A DNA stretch of 45,788 bases from Thermoanaerobaculia bacterium (lineage in GTDB: Bacteria > Acidobacteriota > Thermoanaerobaculia > Multivoradales > UBA5704), in contig JBGAGQ010000055.1 in the NCBI GenBank assembly GCA_044226625.1, positions 1 to 45,788 on the forward strand, read 5' to 3'. The position numbers were made by a program, and so were the translations under genes. Below, in pieces: positions 26,853-37,776 of this stretch; within the stretch, counting starts at the first letter, position 1, and each line of letters begins with the position of its first letter. Below the pieces are notes generated by a model that worked only from the letters and a program-made list of their open reading frames with translations, did not search any database and was not told the origin of the DNA.

Positions 26853-27725
26853 TCAGTGTCCCACGCCGTAATCGTAAAAGCCTTGGCCGCTTTTCCTGCC
26901 GAGGAGCCCGGCGTCGACCATTTTGCGGAGCAGCGGGCAGGGGCGGAATTTGGAGTCGGAGAATTGCTCGTACAGGCCTTCGATCGAGAACAGGATCGTG
27001 TCGAGGCCGATCAGGTCCGCGGTTTCGAGCGGCCCCATCTTGTGGCCGAAGCAGGTCTTGAACAGCCGGTCGACGTCCTCGGCCGGCGCGACGCCGTCCT
27101 GTACGAGGAAGATCGCCTCGTTCACGGTGAGCATCAGCACGCGGTTGGAAACGAATCCCGGGGCGTCGTTCACCACGATCCCCTCTTTGCCCATCTGCGC
27201 GAGGAACTGGCGGCCGATCGCGAGCGTCTCCTCGCTGGTGCGGTAGCCCCGGATCACCTCGACGGTGTCCTTTTGCGGCACCGGGTTCATGAAGTGCATG
27301 CCGAGCACCTTGTCGGGCCGCGAGGTGGCGCCGCCGATCTTGGTGATCGAGATCACCGAGGTGTTCGCGGCGAAGCGGACCTCCGGCCGGCAGACGGCGT
27401 CGAGCCGCCGGTAGATCGGCTCCTTTTCCTGCCATTTCTCGATCACGTTCTCGACCACGAAATCCACCTCGGCGAGGAGGTCCAAGTCGGTCGAGAAAAC
27501 GATCCGCGCGAGCACGTCGGCCGCCTTCTCGCGCGGCGCCCCGGACGCTCCCTTGTCGAACATCTGGCCGAACCGCAGTCCCTGGCGGATCGAGCCCCGC
27601 GCCCGCTCCAGGATCTCGTCGGACAGGTCGATCAGGATCGCCCGATGCCCCGTCTGGGCGAGGTTCTGGGCCACCCCCACCCCCATCACGCCGGCGCCGA
27701 CCACGCCGACCGTCTTGATCTCCAT
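26853..27725 (-). CDS. fkbK: 3-hydroxyacyl-ACP/CoA dehydrogenase, FkbK-like
   Basis: VVGAGVMG, VVENV.E, NTS, GMHFMNP, PGFVSNRVL, MGPLETADLIGLD, GRKSGQGFY; SD GGAG. Confidence 0.88.
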   Translation of the reverse strand: MEIKTVGVVGAGVMGVGVAQNLAQTGHRAILIDLSDEILERARGSIRQGLRFGQMFDKGASGAPREKAADVLARIVFSTDLDLLAEVDFVVENVIEKWQEKEPIYRRLDAVCRPEVRFAANTSVISITKIGGATSRPDKVLGMHFMNPVPQKDTVEVIRGYRTSEETLAIGRQFLAQMGKEGIVVNDAPGFVSNRVLMLTVNEAIFLVQDGVAPAEDVDRLFKTCFGHKMGPLETADLIGLDTILFSIEGLYEQFSDSKFRPCPLLRKMVDAGLLGRKSGQGFYDYGVGH

Positions 27726-27906
27726 GCTCAGGTCTCCATCCAAGATTCGAAGCCGGCCTCGACTCCAGGCGATGGCGGCGCGCCGCGACGAGCGCGCCCG
27801 ACGCTGGCGGCCGGCGAAGATCGATATCCTCCTAAGAGTGCCGAAAAACGACCCAGGCGAGACCCAAGACGCCAGACTCGCCCTCTCCGGGGAGAGGATC
27901 CCGCCC

Positions 27907-28959
27907 ATGAACGAAGAGACCGGGCCGCCCGAAGACGGGTCCTCACCGGCCGAGATCCCCTCCTTCGTCGCGCTCGAGGAGCCGGCGCCCTCACGCCCGC
28001 CGGCCTCGTTTCTGGACCGCCACCCCAAGGTCCGGGCGAGTGGGATCGCGTCCTTGTTTCTGGTCGCCTATGTGGCGGTCGAGGTCCTGCTCGGGCTCAC
28101 TTTCCGGCCCTGGATCGAGCGGCTCGCGAGATTCCTGCCGCTCGAAGGGGACCGCCTCCTTTTGAGCCGCGCGGCGAGCCTGCCGTTCGTGCTCGCCTAC
28201 GTGCTGCTCTTCGCCCGCTGGATCGGGCGGGTCAAGCCGGCCCGCTACGGTCTCTCCTGGCCGCGGGGCGCCGAGCGGGGCGGGGCGATCGCCCGCCAGG
28301 CGGTCGGAGCGACGCTCGGAACGCTCGCCTTCCTCACTCTCTGGCTCGCCTTCGCGATGGCCGGAGGGCGGCTCGAGATCTTCGGCTGGAGCCCCGCGGT
28401 CGCTCCGGGAGGGTTCGAAGCGCGCGACCTCGGTGCGCTCGTCCTCCTGTTCGGCGCCTTCTTCGTCCAGGGAGGGCTCGAGGAGCTGGTGCTTCGCGGA
28501 GGATTTTACGGTTCGCTCCGCCAGGCCCTCTCCCCCCTGTCCGCCGCGGTCGTGAGCTCGACGCTGTTCGCCCTGGCCCATGCCACCAATCCCGGTTTCA
28601 CGCTCCCAGCGTTCGCCAACACGCTGCTCGCGGGCGTCCTGCTCTGCGCCCTGTTCGAGCGGACCGGAAGCCTCTGGGCCCCCACCTGGGTCCACGGGGT
28701 CTGGAACTTCGCGATCGGCGGGCTCCTGTCGCTTCCGGTCTCCGGGATCGAGATCTTCCGCCTGCTCGACGCGCGCCTGGTGGGACCGGAGGGATGGACC
28801 GGTGGCACCTATGGGCCGGAGGGGAGCTGGGCGCTGGTGCCGATGATCGCCGGCTGCATCGTGGCGATCGCCTTGCTCCCGAGGACGGGTTCTTCCCAAG
28901 GAAAAGGCGGGCCGGAGACCGGCCCGCCTTTTCGAGACGACGAGGGGAGCGGGGTCTAG
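27907..28959 (+). CDS. CPBP (Abi/CAAX-like) intramembrane metalloprotease
   Basis: Multiple TM segments; LEELVLRG, FALAH, HGVWN, GGTYGPEG. Confidence 0.88.
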   Translation: MNEETGPPEDGSSPAEIPSFVALEEPAPSRPPASFLDRHPKVRASGIASLFLVAYVAVEVLLGLTFRPWIERLARFLPLEGDRLLLSRAASLPFVLAYVLLFARWIGRVKPARYGLSWPRGAERGGAIARQAVGATLGTLAFLTLWLAFAMAGGRLEIFGWSPAVAPGGFEARDLGALVLLFGAFFVQGGLEELVLRGGFYGSLRQALSPLSAAVVSSTLFALAHATNPGFTLPAFANTLLAGVLLCALFERTGSLWAPTWVHGVWNFAIGGLLSLPVSGIEIFRLLDARLVGPEGWTGGTYGPEGSWALVPMIAGCIVAIALLPRTGSSQGKGGPETGPPFRDDEGSGV

Positions 28960-29585
28960 GCCTTCGCTGCCTTCGCGTCGGAGCAGCTCTTGCCGTCGCA
29001 GCAGGAAGCCCCGTCGTGGCCGCAGCAGCCTTCGCAGCAGCCTTTCCCGTCTTTCGCCATCGCGTCGCCGTAATGGCAGCAGCCTCCCTCGGCGCAGGCG
29101 GCCTTCTCGTCGCCTTTGGCTCCCTGGGCCGCGTCGCCATGGTGGCAGCAACCCCCGCCCATGCACGCGGCTTTGCCGTCCGCGGGAGCGCCTTCCCCGT
29201 GCTGGCAGCAACCGCCCTTCATGCAGGCGGCTTTCTCATCCCCGGCGGCTCCGGCCATCTTTTCGCAATGGGCCGCGCAATCGGCGTGATCCGCGCAGGG
29301 CTTGCCGTCGGCGTGTTTGCAGGCCGCGTGGTCCGCGCACGGCGTCCCGTCGCCCTTCGCCTTGTCGCCGTGATGGCCGCATCCCTCGGCACAGCAACCT
29401 TTGCCGTCCTTACCCTTCGCGTGATGCATCGGGCAGTCGGCCGAGCCCTTGTCGTGCATCTTCGCGGCGCACTTGTGTCCGTGACCCTCCGCGCCCTTCT
29501 CGTCGAGCGCTCCCACGGGGGAACCGAAGGCCAATCCAATCGCGAGCGCTCCGGCCGCGAGCGTCAGTTTTCCCAGATGTCGCAT
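28956..29585 (-). CDS. Secreted Cys/His-rich repeat protein (metallothionein-like composition)
   Basis: Signal peptide, then repeats KAACMKGGCCQHG / KAACMGGGCCHHG / KAACAEGGCCHYG, CADHA twice and KDGKGCC twice; SD GGAGA. Confidence 0.7.
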   Translation of the reverse strand: MRHLGKLTLAAGALAIGLAFGSPVGALDEKGAEGHGHKCAAKMHDKGSADCPMHHAKGKDGKGCCAEGCGHHGDKAKGDGTPCADHAACKHADGKPCADHADCAAHCEKMAGAAGDEKAACMKGGCCQHGEGAPADGKAACMGGGCCHHGDAAQGAKGDEKAACAEGGCCHYGDAMAKDGKGCCEGCCGHDGASCCDGKSCSDAKAAKA

Positions 29586-29694
29586 CGTAAATCTCCGTTT
29601 TCGGAAGATAGATCGTCCATTCCGGCGCGCCAACGACGGCCGCCGGGATTCGCTTGGGATCGAGAAGACAGACTTCGGGATCCGACCGCGACGA

Positions 29695-30033
29695 TCAATT
29701 CCGCCAGACGGAGAGCAGCGAGAAGGGGCGAGGGGGAAGCGGCTGATCCTGCGGGAAGACGGTCACCAGAGCCGCCGTCTCGGACCGGCTGGGAACCGCG
29801 ACCGTACGGCCGGCGGCTACGGTTTCCCGGGCGCTCGCGCGCCGGCCGTGATCGAACGCCAGGCCGAGCGTGAACGATACGGGAACCCGCGAGCATTCGC
29901 GGGCCATCGGGCAACAACCCGCTCCCGGCGCCGCCTGCATCGGGCAGACCATCGCGGCAGCTCGGGTCGGCACCAGCGGGAGGCCGAAGATCCCGAGCAG
30001 CAGCGGAAGCAGGAGAAAGCGGCGCGTGCGCAC
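29695..30033 (-). CDS. Small exported Cys-motif protein upstream of the Cys/His-rich gene (leader-like)
   Basis: 112 aa from GTG; signal-like N-terminus, VCPM..GCCPM..C and a Pro-rich tail PLPPRPFSLLSVWRN; TACAAT 7 nt upstream. Confidence 0.55.
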   Translation of the reverse strand: MRTRRFLLLPLLLGIFGLPLVPTRAAAMVCPMQAAPGAGCCPMARECSRVPVSFTLGLAFDHGRRASARETVAAGRTVAVPSRSETAALVTVFPQDQPLPPRPFSLLSVWRN

Positions 30034-30205
30034 GAGGGGAATTGTACGCCTCGGCGCTTCCCGTTCAAGCCCCCCAAACGGGTGGAAATGCATGAAAAAT
30101 GTAAAGGGAGGCCTCGTATTCGCGAGACCTCCCGGGGCGCCGTGCCGTCGGCACCGGACGATCCGGGGACCTCCCCGCGGGAGATCCGGCCGGAACCCGA
30201 TCCTT

Positions 30206-31030
30206 CTACTGCGAGACCCCCGACGAGCAGGCGGTCGAGAAATCGCGCTCGTCGATGCTCTCGATCGAGCAGTTGCTGCAGGCGCACCGTTCGAGCGCGG
30301 TCGCGTTCTCCTGGGAATCGGCGTAGAGCTTCCGCGTCGAGCAGTACGAGCCCTGGCTCTCTTTGAAGTAGAACGGCGTGGTGGGCGCGGGCTCGGCGAC
30401 CGGAACCTGCGTGCAAGTCTGCTGGTTCGCGGTGCAGGTGAGCCCGGTCGGATGGAAGCCCGCGGGGCACGCCTTGTAGCAGAGCCCGCCGATCTGCTCG
30501 AGACCGGGCGCGCACTGGAGCGATTCCCCCACGCCCCTTCCGTAGGTGTCCTTGGCGAAAATGTGGACGTCGATCCGGCAGGTGCAGCCATCGTTCGCGT
30601 ATCCGAACGGACACTGGGTACACCCCTTGGCGAACGTCAACCCGCACTTGTCGTACCACGGGCACGAGCTGTTGTTGGCGCTGATGATCATGGCGTTGCG
30701 GCGGCAGAGCGCGCCGTCGTCCGTATAGCCCGCGGGGCAGACCTGCCAGCAGACCGGACCGACGCCGTTGTATCCCGCCCGGCACTGTGGATAGCAAAGC
30801 GCGCCGTCCTTCTCGAGCCCCTGGCGGCATGTGGTCAACACGGTGGCCCCGCGGAGGTTCGACTCCGTGTAGCAGCGCGTCTCGGTGCGCACCGGACCGG
30901 TCCAGACCAACTGGCAGTTGCGGACTTCCCATTGGGCGGCGCTCGGCGAGGGAGCGAACGCGGAGACGATCAGGAGAAACAGAAACGGCAGACCGCGGCG
31001 GAGATTGGCAAGGTTTAGAGAAGCGGACAT
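30206..31030 (-). CDS. Secreted cysteine-rich repeat protein
   Basis: Signal peptide; repeats CRQGLEKDGALCYPQCRAGY.GVGPVCW and CAPGLEQIGGLCYKACPAGF; SD GGAGG. Confidence 0.75.
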   Translation of the reverse strand: MSASLNLANLRRGLPFLFLLIVSAFAPSPSAAQWEVRNCQLVWTGPVRTETRCYTESNLRGATVLTTCRQGLEKDGALCYPQCRAGYNGVGPVCWQVCPAGYTDDGALCRRNAMIISANNSSCPWYDKCGLTFAKGCTQCPFGYANDGCTCRIDVHIFAKDTYGRGVGESLQCAPGLEQIGGLCYKACPAGFHPTGLTCTANQQTCTQVPVAEPAPTTPFYFKESQGSYCSTRKLYADSQENATALERCACSNCSIESIDERDFSTACSSGVSQ

Positions 31031-31249
31031 AGATCCTCCCAGGACGCTCCCCGGTGTCGCCGGGCGAGCGCTGCGAAAAGGGCTTCGATCGAGCGTTCAA
31101 CGCGCGATCGCGCGGGTTCGTGTTCTGAGAGGGGTTATGCCTGGGCTTAAAGAATGGTTACAAAGAGATTTTAAGCGAGGCCGCGGAGTCGGCGTTCGAT
31201 CTGAAGCGCGGCGCGCTCGAATGGGCCGCCTGATATCATTTCGCCGAGA

Positions 31250-31438
31250 ATGAAAGTCAGTGCCTTACTCCGGCTGCTGGCAGATGACGGCTGGTACCTT
31301 GTCGCGACCGTCGGCAGCCACCGTCAGTTCAAGCATGAAAAGAAGCCGGGGCGTGTTACCGTTCCGGGCAAACCGAGCGACGATCTGGCGATCGGTACGT
31401 TGAACAGCGTGCTCAAACAGGCCGGTCTCAAGAAGTGA
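31250..31438 (+). CDS. hicA: HicA mRNA interferase toxin
   Basis: DGW..V...GSHRQFKH.KKPGRVTVP, GTLNSVLKQAGL. Confidence 0.92.
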   Translation: MKVSALLRLLADDGWYLVATVGSHRQFKHEKKPGRVTVPGKPSDDLAIGTLNSVLKQAGLKK

Positions 31439-31445
31439 GGCTTCC

Positions 31446-31667
31446 ATGCGCTACGCGGTCGTGATCGAAAAGGCCCCTTCCAACTACTCGGCTTACGTGC
31501 CCGATCTGCCGGGATGCATTGCGACCGGCGCCACGATCGAAGAAGCCGAAACGCAGATTCGAGAGGCTATCGTCTTCCATCTGGCGGGGCTAGTCGAAGA
31601 CGGCGATCCGATTCCCGAGCCGTCGAGTCGCGTCGACTACGTCGAGGTCGCCGAGGTCGCCGCCTGA
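31446..31667 (+). CDS. hicB: Short HicB-family antitoxin (no DNA-binding domain)
   Basis: YAVVIEK..NYSAYVPDLPGCIATGATIEEA; 73 aa. Confidence 0.9.
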   Translation: MRYAVVIEKAPSNYSAYVPDLPGCIATGATIEEAETQIREAIVFHLAGLVEDGDPIPEPSSRVDYVEVAEVAA

Positions 31668-31683
31668 GCGGCGGCGCGCTCCC

Positions 31684-33594
<1,911 letters not shown>

Positions 33595-33760
33595 CTACGG
33601 CTACCGGCGGGGTACCCCGCGCGGGCTTGGCGGCGCCCGGGGAGCAGGGCGGTCGAGGGCCGCTCCGTTGCGCGGCGCGAAATGGCGGGTAAACTTCCCC
33701 GATCAGGCCAAATTTGAGCGTCGCTTTTCCCAGGAGTCTCCGAGCAGGGAGGGACAGATC

Positions 33761-35608
33761 ATGGTTACCTTAAAGACCGCTGTGCTTCGTAGGGTGGCTC
33801 GCGCCGCCCTGGCCCTCGTCGTCGCCGTCCCGAGCGTTGCGGCCCGTCCGAGCCACGCGGCCGTGCCGGCCGATCTACCCCCCGGCGCCAGCACGGGTTG
33901 GCACGTCGTCCGCCCCGGCGAGACCCTGCACAATCTGGCGCAGCGGTACCTCGGCGACTCCCGGTACTGGCGCCAGCTCGCCCGGATGAACCAGAACATC
34001 GCCGACCCCGATCTCATCGAGCCGGGGCAGCGCGTTCAGATCGCGGTCGCCCGCGCCAAGGCGGAGCCCGCCGCGCAGGTGGCCCTCCTGTCCCGTCGGG
34101 TCGACGAGCGGCCGGCGCCGATTCCCTGGGGCGAGGCGCAGATCGGCGACCTGCTGGTGGAAAAGGACGGCATGCGGACCTATCCCAAGTCGTCGGCCGA
34201 GCTGCGCTTCATCGACGGCACCCGCCTCGGCGTGACCGAGGACTCCCTCGTCTTCCTCCATCGCGCGGGGGGCGCCCTCGCGGGCGTCGAGCGCAAGGCG
34301 GTCGAGATCGTCGAAGGGCAGGCGGAGCTCGAAGCGGGCGCTCCGCTCGCCTCCTCGCGCGCCTCGGAGGTGGAGATCCTGATCGGCGGCACGAGCGCCA
34401 AGGCTCGGCCGAACGCCCAGGGAAAATCCCAGACGCGGGCGCGGAAAGCCGAGAAAGGGGCCGCGAAGGTGATGATGTACGGCGGCCAGGGAGAGGTCGA
34501 ATCGGCCGGCGCGAAGGTCGCCGTGGCGGAGGGGATGGGCACTTCCGTCGAAGAAGGCGCGGCGCCCGGGGCACCGGAAAAGCTCCTTCCCTCGCCGGCC
34601 CTCCGAGCGCCCAAACCCGACGATCGGATCCCGGTGAACCGGGCGAAGCTCGAGTGGCAGGAAGTGCCGGGGGCGGCCTCGTACGTCGTCGAGGTCTGTC
34701 GCGACGCGGCGTGCGGCGAGACGATCGACCGCGCGACGGGGGTCCAGGTCGCCTCCTGGCGGCCGAATACGGCGTTGCCGATCGGTAAGCTCCTTTGGAG
34801 AGTGACGGCCCGTAGCGCCTCAGGCCTCGACGGTTATCCGAGCGGCACCTCGGCGGTCGAGGTCACGCCGGCCGTCTCGCCGGGCCCGCCCCCTTCCGCG
34901 AAGCTCGCGCTTTCCGGGGTCGCCGTGGGCGTCGCCGAAGTGCTGTTCGGAAGCGGCGCGACGCGGCTCGACGTCCAGGACGAGCTGTCGGCCTGCGGCA
35001 TCGCCCAGCGGACCTACAAGCTGGACGGCCAAGAGGTGAGCGAAGCGGCGTTTCACGCGCCCACCCCGGGCCCCCGGGTGGCCGAAGTGGTGTTGACCGA
35101 CGCCTGCGGTCAGTCGACGACGGTCGGCCCGTTCGCCTTTACCCTGGACGCCGACGCTCCGACGCTGCGCACCCAGACGGTGGACACGGGGATCTACGAC
35201 GACCGCGGCGAGCCCGATCGCGGTCGTCGCCGCAACCCGAGCGATTGGAAGCCGGAGCGCGGCGGCGCGATCGCCTGGTCGGCCGACGGCCGGCGCTGGC
35301 TCCCGCTCACCTGGGGCGATCGGCCGGCTCCGAGCGACGGCGTCTGGTCGGAGAGCACGGCGTCGGCGAACCGGCCGCAGGTCTTCTTCTCCGGCCAGGG
35401 ATGGCGCCTGGTGGCCGAAGACGGCACGGCCCTGGCGGACGGACGCCTCCTCTGGCTGACCGGCGACGACGCCGGCAGCGGCATCGCGAAGCTCGTCTAC
35501 CGGACCAAGGTGGCCACAGGGGATTCGAACGCCGCGGCGCTGCTCGAGGTCGAGGCGACCGACCTGGTCGGCAACACGACCGTGAAGACCTGGAAGATCG
35601 CGCGGTAA
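33761..35608 (+). CDS. Secreted LysM plus FecR plus FN3/Ig-like protein
   Basis: Signal peptide; HVVRPGETL.NLAQRYLGD..W..LA.MN..I.DPDLIEPGQ (LysM); MRTYPKSSAELRFIDGT (FecR); LEWQEVPGAASY.VE, WRVTA (FN3). Confidence 0.8.
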   Translation: MVTLKTAVLRRVARAALALVVAVPSVAARPSHAAVPADLPPGASTGWHVVRPGETLHNLAQRYLGDSRYWRQLARMNQNIADPDLIEPGQRVQIAVARAKAEPAAQVALLSRRVDERPAPIPWGEAQIGDLLVEKDGMRTYPKSSAELRFIDGTRLGVTEDSLVFLHRAGGALAGVERKAVEIVEGQAELEAGAPLASSRASEVEILIGGTSAKARPNAQGKSQTRARKAEKGAAKVMMYGGQGEVESAGAKVAVAEGMGTSVEEGAAPGAPEKLLPSPALRAPKPDDRIPVNRAKLEWQEVPGAASYVVEVCRDAACGETIDRATGVQVASWRPNTALPIGKLLWRVTARSASGLDGYPSGTSAVEVTPAVSPGPPPSAKLALSGVAVGVAEVLFGSGATRLDVQDELSACGIAQRTYKLDGQEVSEAAFHAPTPGPRVAEVVLTDACGQSTTVGPFAFTLDADAPTLRTQTVDTGIYDDRGEPDRGRRRNPSDWKPERGGAIAWSADGRRWLPLTWGDRPAPSDGVWSESTASANRPQVFFSGQGWRLVAEDGTALADGRLLWLTGDDAGSGIAKLVYRTKVATGDSNAAALLEVEATDLVGNTTVKTWKIAR

Positions 35609-35631
35609 GAAGCAACTCGTAGCAACTCTTG

Positions 35632-35659
35632 GGAGTGCGGCGACGCGTCGCCGCACTCC
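35632..35659. terminator. Perfect 28-bp palindrome between convergent genes (terminator or REP-like)
   Basis: GGAGTGCGGCGACG-CGTCGCCGCACTCC; lies between the stops at 35608 and 35663. Confidence 0.6.
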
Positions 35660-35662
35660 AAT

Positions 35663-37633
35663 TCAAGCCGCGGTCTTGGTCTTCTGTTCCGGCTGCCCCT
35701 CGTACTCCGGCTTCCACCGCCAGCGAAGACGCAGCTCGGCGGCCAAATTCTCGAGGATGGTGGCGACCTCCGCCGCGCTGCTCGGCCGCTCGGCGGGATC
35801 GCGGGCGAGGAGCGAGAGCACGAGGCGATCGAGCGCCTCGGGCAGGCCGGGTACCTTCCGGCTCGGCGGCTCGGCGTCTTCGGACAGCGTCGCGCGCACC
35901 ACGTCGCGCACGGTCCCCCCGCCGAACGGCCGCTTCCCCACCAAGGCGTGGTAAAGGACGACCCCGAGCGCGAAGAGATCCCCCCGGAGGCCGTAGCCGT
36001 CGCCGCGCAGCGTCTCGGGCGGGATGTAGCCGGGGGTGCCGAAGATCGAGGCGCCCCCCTTTTCCGAGACCGAGGCGAGCTCCGAGATGCCGAAGTCGGT
36101 GATCTTGATCGCGCCGTCGCGGCCGAGCAGGAGATTCGCCGGCTTGATGTCGCGGTGCAGAATCTCCCGCTCGTGCGCCGCCGCGAGCCCGCGCGCGATC
36201 GCCGCCCCGAGCGGAATCACCTCCTCGGGCGAGAGCTTGCCGCGGTTCCACAGCACGCTCTCGACACTCGTACCGTCCACCAATTCCATCGCGATGAACG
36301 CCGCTTCGACGGCGTCTTCCACGTCGTAGACCGCGACGATGTTCGGATGGTTCAAACGCGCGACCGTGATCGCCTCGCGCCTCAGGGTGTGGAGCTGCTT
36401 GGCGCGCGACTCGGCGTTCGGCAGGTCGCCGAGCCGGACCGTCTTCAAGGCCACCGGGCGTTCGAGCCGCGGATCCCAGCCGCGGAACACCGACCCCATC
36501 GCCCCCGATCCGAGCAGCTCGATCACTTGGTAGCGCCCGAGGAAGATCTGCGCCAGCGCCTCGCGATCCGAGACGCTCCGCTCGAGCATCGAGAAGGCGT
36601 TCTTGAGCTCGGCGATCTCGTCCCCGGCGAGCGGCGCGCCGCCGCGGGCGAGCCGGCGCTGCGCCCGCACCAGATCGCGGAGCGGCTTGATTACCGAGAA
36701 CCAGGCGAGCGCGCCGAGCAGCGCGATCAAGCCGAGGGCGGCGCCGATCGCGGCGAGCGCGCGCCGGCGCAGCCGGTGCGCCACGGCGTCGGCCACCCGC
36801 GCCGGCTGGCGCGAAAGCACCGACCAGCGAGCCCCTTCGACGGGAGCGTAGGCGCCGAGGATCGTCTCTCCGGCCCGATCGCGAAAGCGGCGCGCGCCGC
36901 CGAGCTTGCCCGAGAGGCCGTTGCGCACCAGCTCCTCGGGAAAGGCCGACAGCGGAGTGCCGGAGGTGACGATCGGCTGCCGCGAGGAGTCGACGATCAG
37001 CAGGTCGGCCTCGTCACCGATCTCGTTCGGCCGCGCGATGTCGACCAGCGGCTGGCCGTCGCAGACCAGGCGAACCGCGCCGCGTGGCGCCGCGCCGGCC
37101 GCCACCGGAAGCGCCGCCGAGACGACGATCGTGGGCGCGCCGTGCGGACGGCTGAACGGCACCGGCTCGTTCGAGCGGGCCCCTGAGCGGACCGCGGCCA
37201 CGAGGGCGCCGTCGATCCGCGACCGATCCGCGCCGCGGATCTGCGCGCGCAGCCCCTCGCGACCTTCGGGATCGACGATCGCGATCGCGAGCACGCCGAG
37301 GTCGGCCCAAGCGCACAGGTTCTGGCGCAGCAGCTCCTGCGCCTCGACGGAGGTCGGATCGGCGAGGGCGGAGCTGCCCGCCATCCCCTCGGCGAGCGAT
37401 CGGCGGACGGCGAGGTACGAGCCGACCCGTTCGGCGGCGGTGTTCGCGGCGACCGCGTGGGTGCGGAGCACCTGCACCTCGATCGCCTCGCGATTCAGAT
37501 CGGCGAGCCCGAACGAGACGATGCCGAGCGGCAGCAGACCGACCGCGCCGAGCGCGAGGAGGGTTCGGGCGAGCAGTCGCGGCCGAAGGCGGGCGAGAAG
37601 CCCACCGCGGGCCGGCGGATGGATCGAAGGCAT
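35663..37633 (-). CDS. Membrane Hanks-type Ser/Thr kinase with Cache-like periplasmic domain and HAMP
   Basis: Two TM segments flank the extracellular domain, followed by HAMP-like KPLRDL..GDEIAEL. Kinase motifs LGSGAMGSVF, VALK, HPNIV, HRDIKPAN, DFG, GTPGYIPPE. Confidence 0.9.
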   Translation of the reverse strand: MPSIHPPARGGLLARLRPRLLARTLLALGAVGLLPLGIVSFGLADLNREAIEVQVLRTHAVAANTAAERVGSYLAVRRSLAEGMAGSSALADPTSVEAQELLRQNLCAWADLGVLAIAIVDPEGREGLRAQIRGADRSRIDGALVAAVRSGARSNEPVPFSRPHGAPTIVVSAALPVAAGAAPRGAVRLVCDGQPLVDIARPNEIGDEADLLIVDSSRQPIVTSGTPLSAFPEELVRNGLSGKLGGARRFRDRAGETILGAYAPVEGARWSVLSRQPARVADAVAHRLRRRALAAIGAALGLIALLGALAWFSVIKPLRDLVRAQRRLARGGAPLAGDEIAELKNAFSMLERSVSDREALAQIFLGRYQVIELLGSGAMGSVFRGWDPRLERPVALKTVRLGDLPNAESRAKQLHTLRREAITVARLNHPNIVAVYDVEDAVEAAFIAMELVDGTSVESVLWNRGKLSPEEVIPLGAAIARGLAAAHEREILHRDIKPANLLLGRDGAIKITDFGISELASVSEKGGASIFGTPGYIPPETLRGDGYGLRGDLFALGVVLYHALVGKRPFGGGTVRDVVRATLSEDAEPPSRKVPGLPEALDRLVLSLLARDPAERPSSAAEVATILENLAAELRLRWRWKPEYEGQPEQKTKTAA

Positions 37634-37776
37634 GGCGCCAAGTATAGAAGAGGCACCCCGGCGACCTGCTACCATCGCCGCCCGCCGGGTTCCGCTCCGC
37701 CCGCACGGCTCCGTTCTTCGAAGACGAACCGAGCCGCTCCCGCGAGACCCGCCTTGGAGCCTTCCGCGAGGTCGCC

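Noticed and set aside
26856-29873. 1005-aa ORF spanning several genes
   Set aside because: Alternative-frame artefact overlapping fkbK, the CPBP gene and the Cys/His-rich gene.
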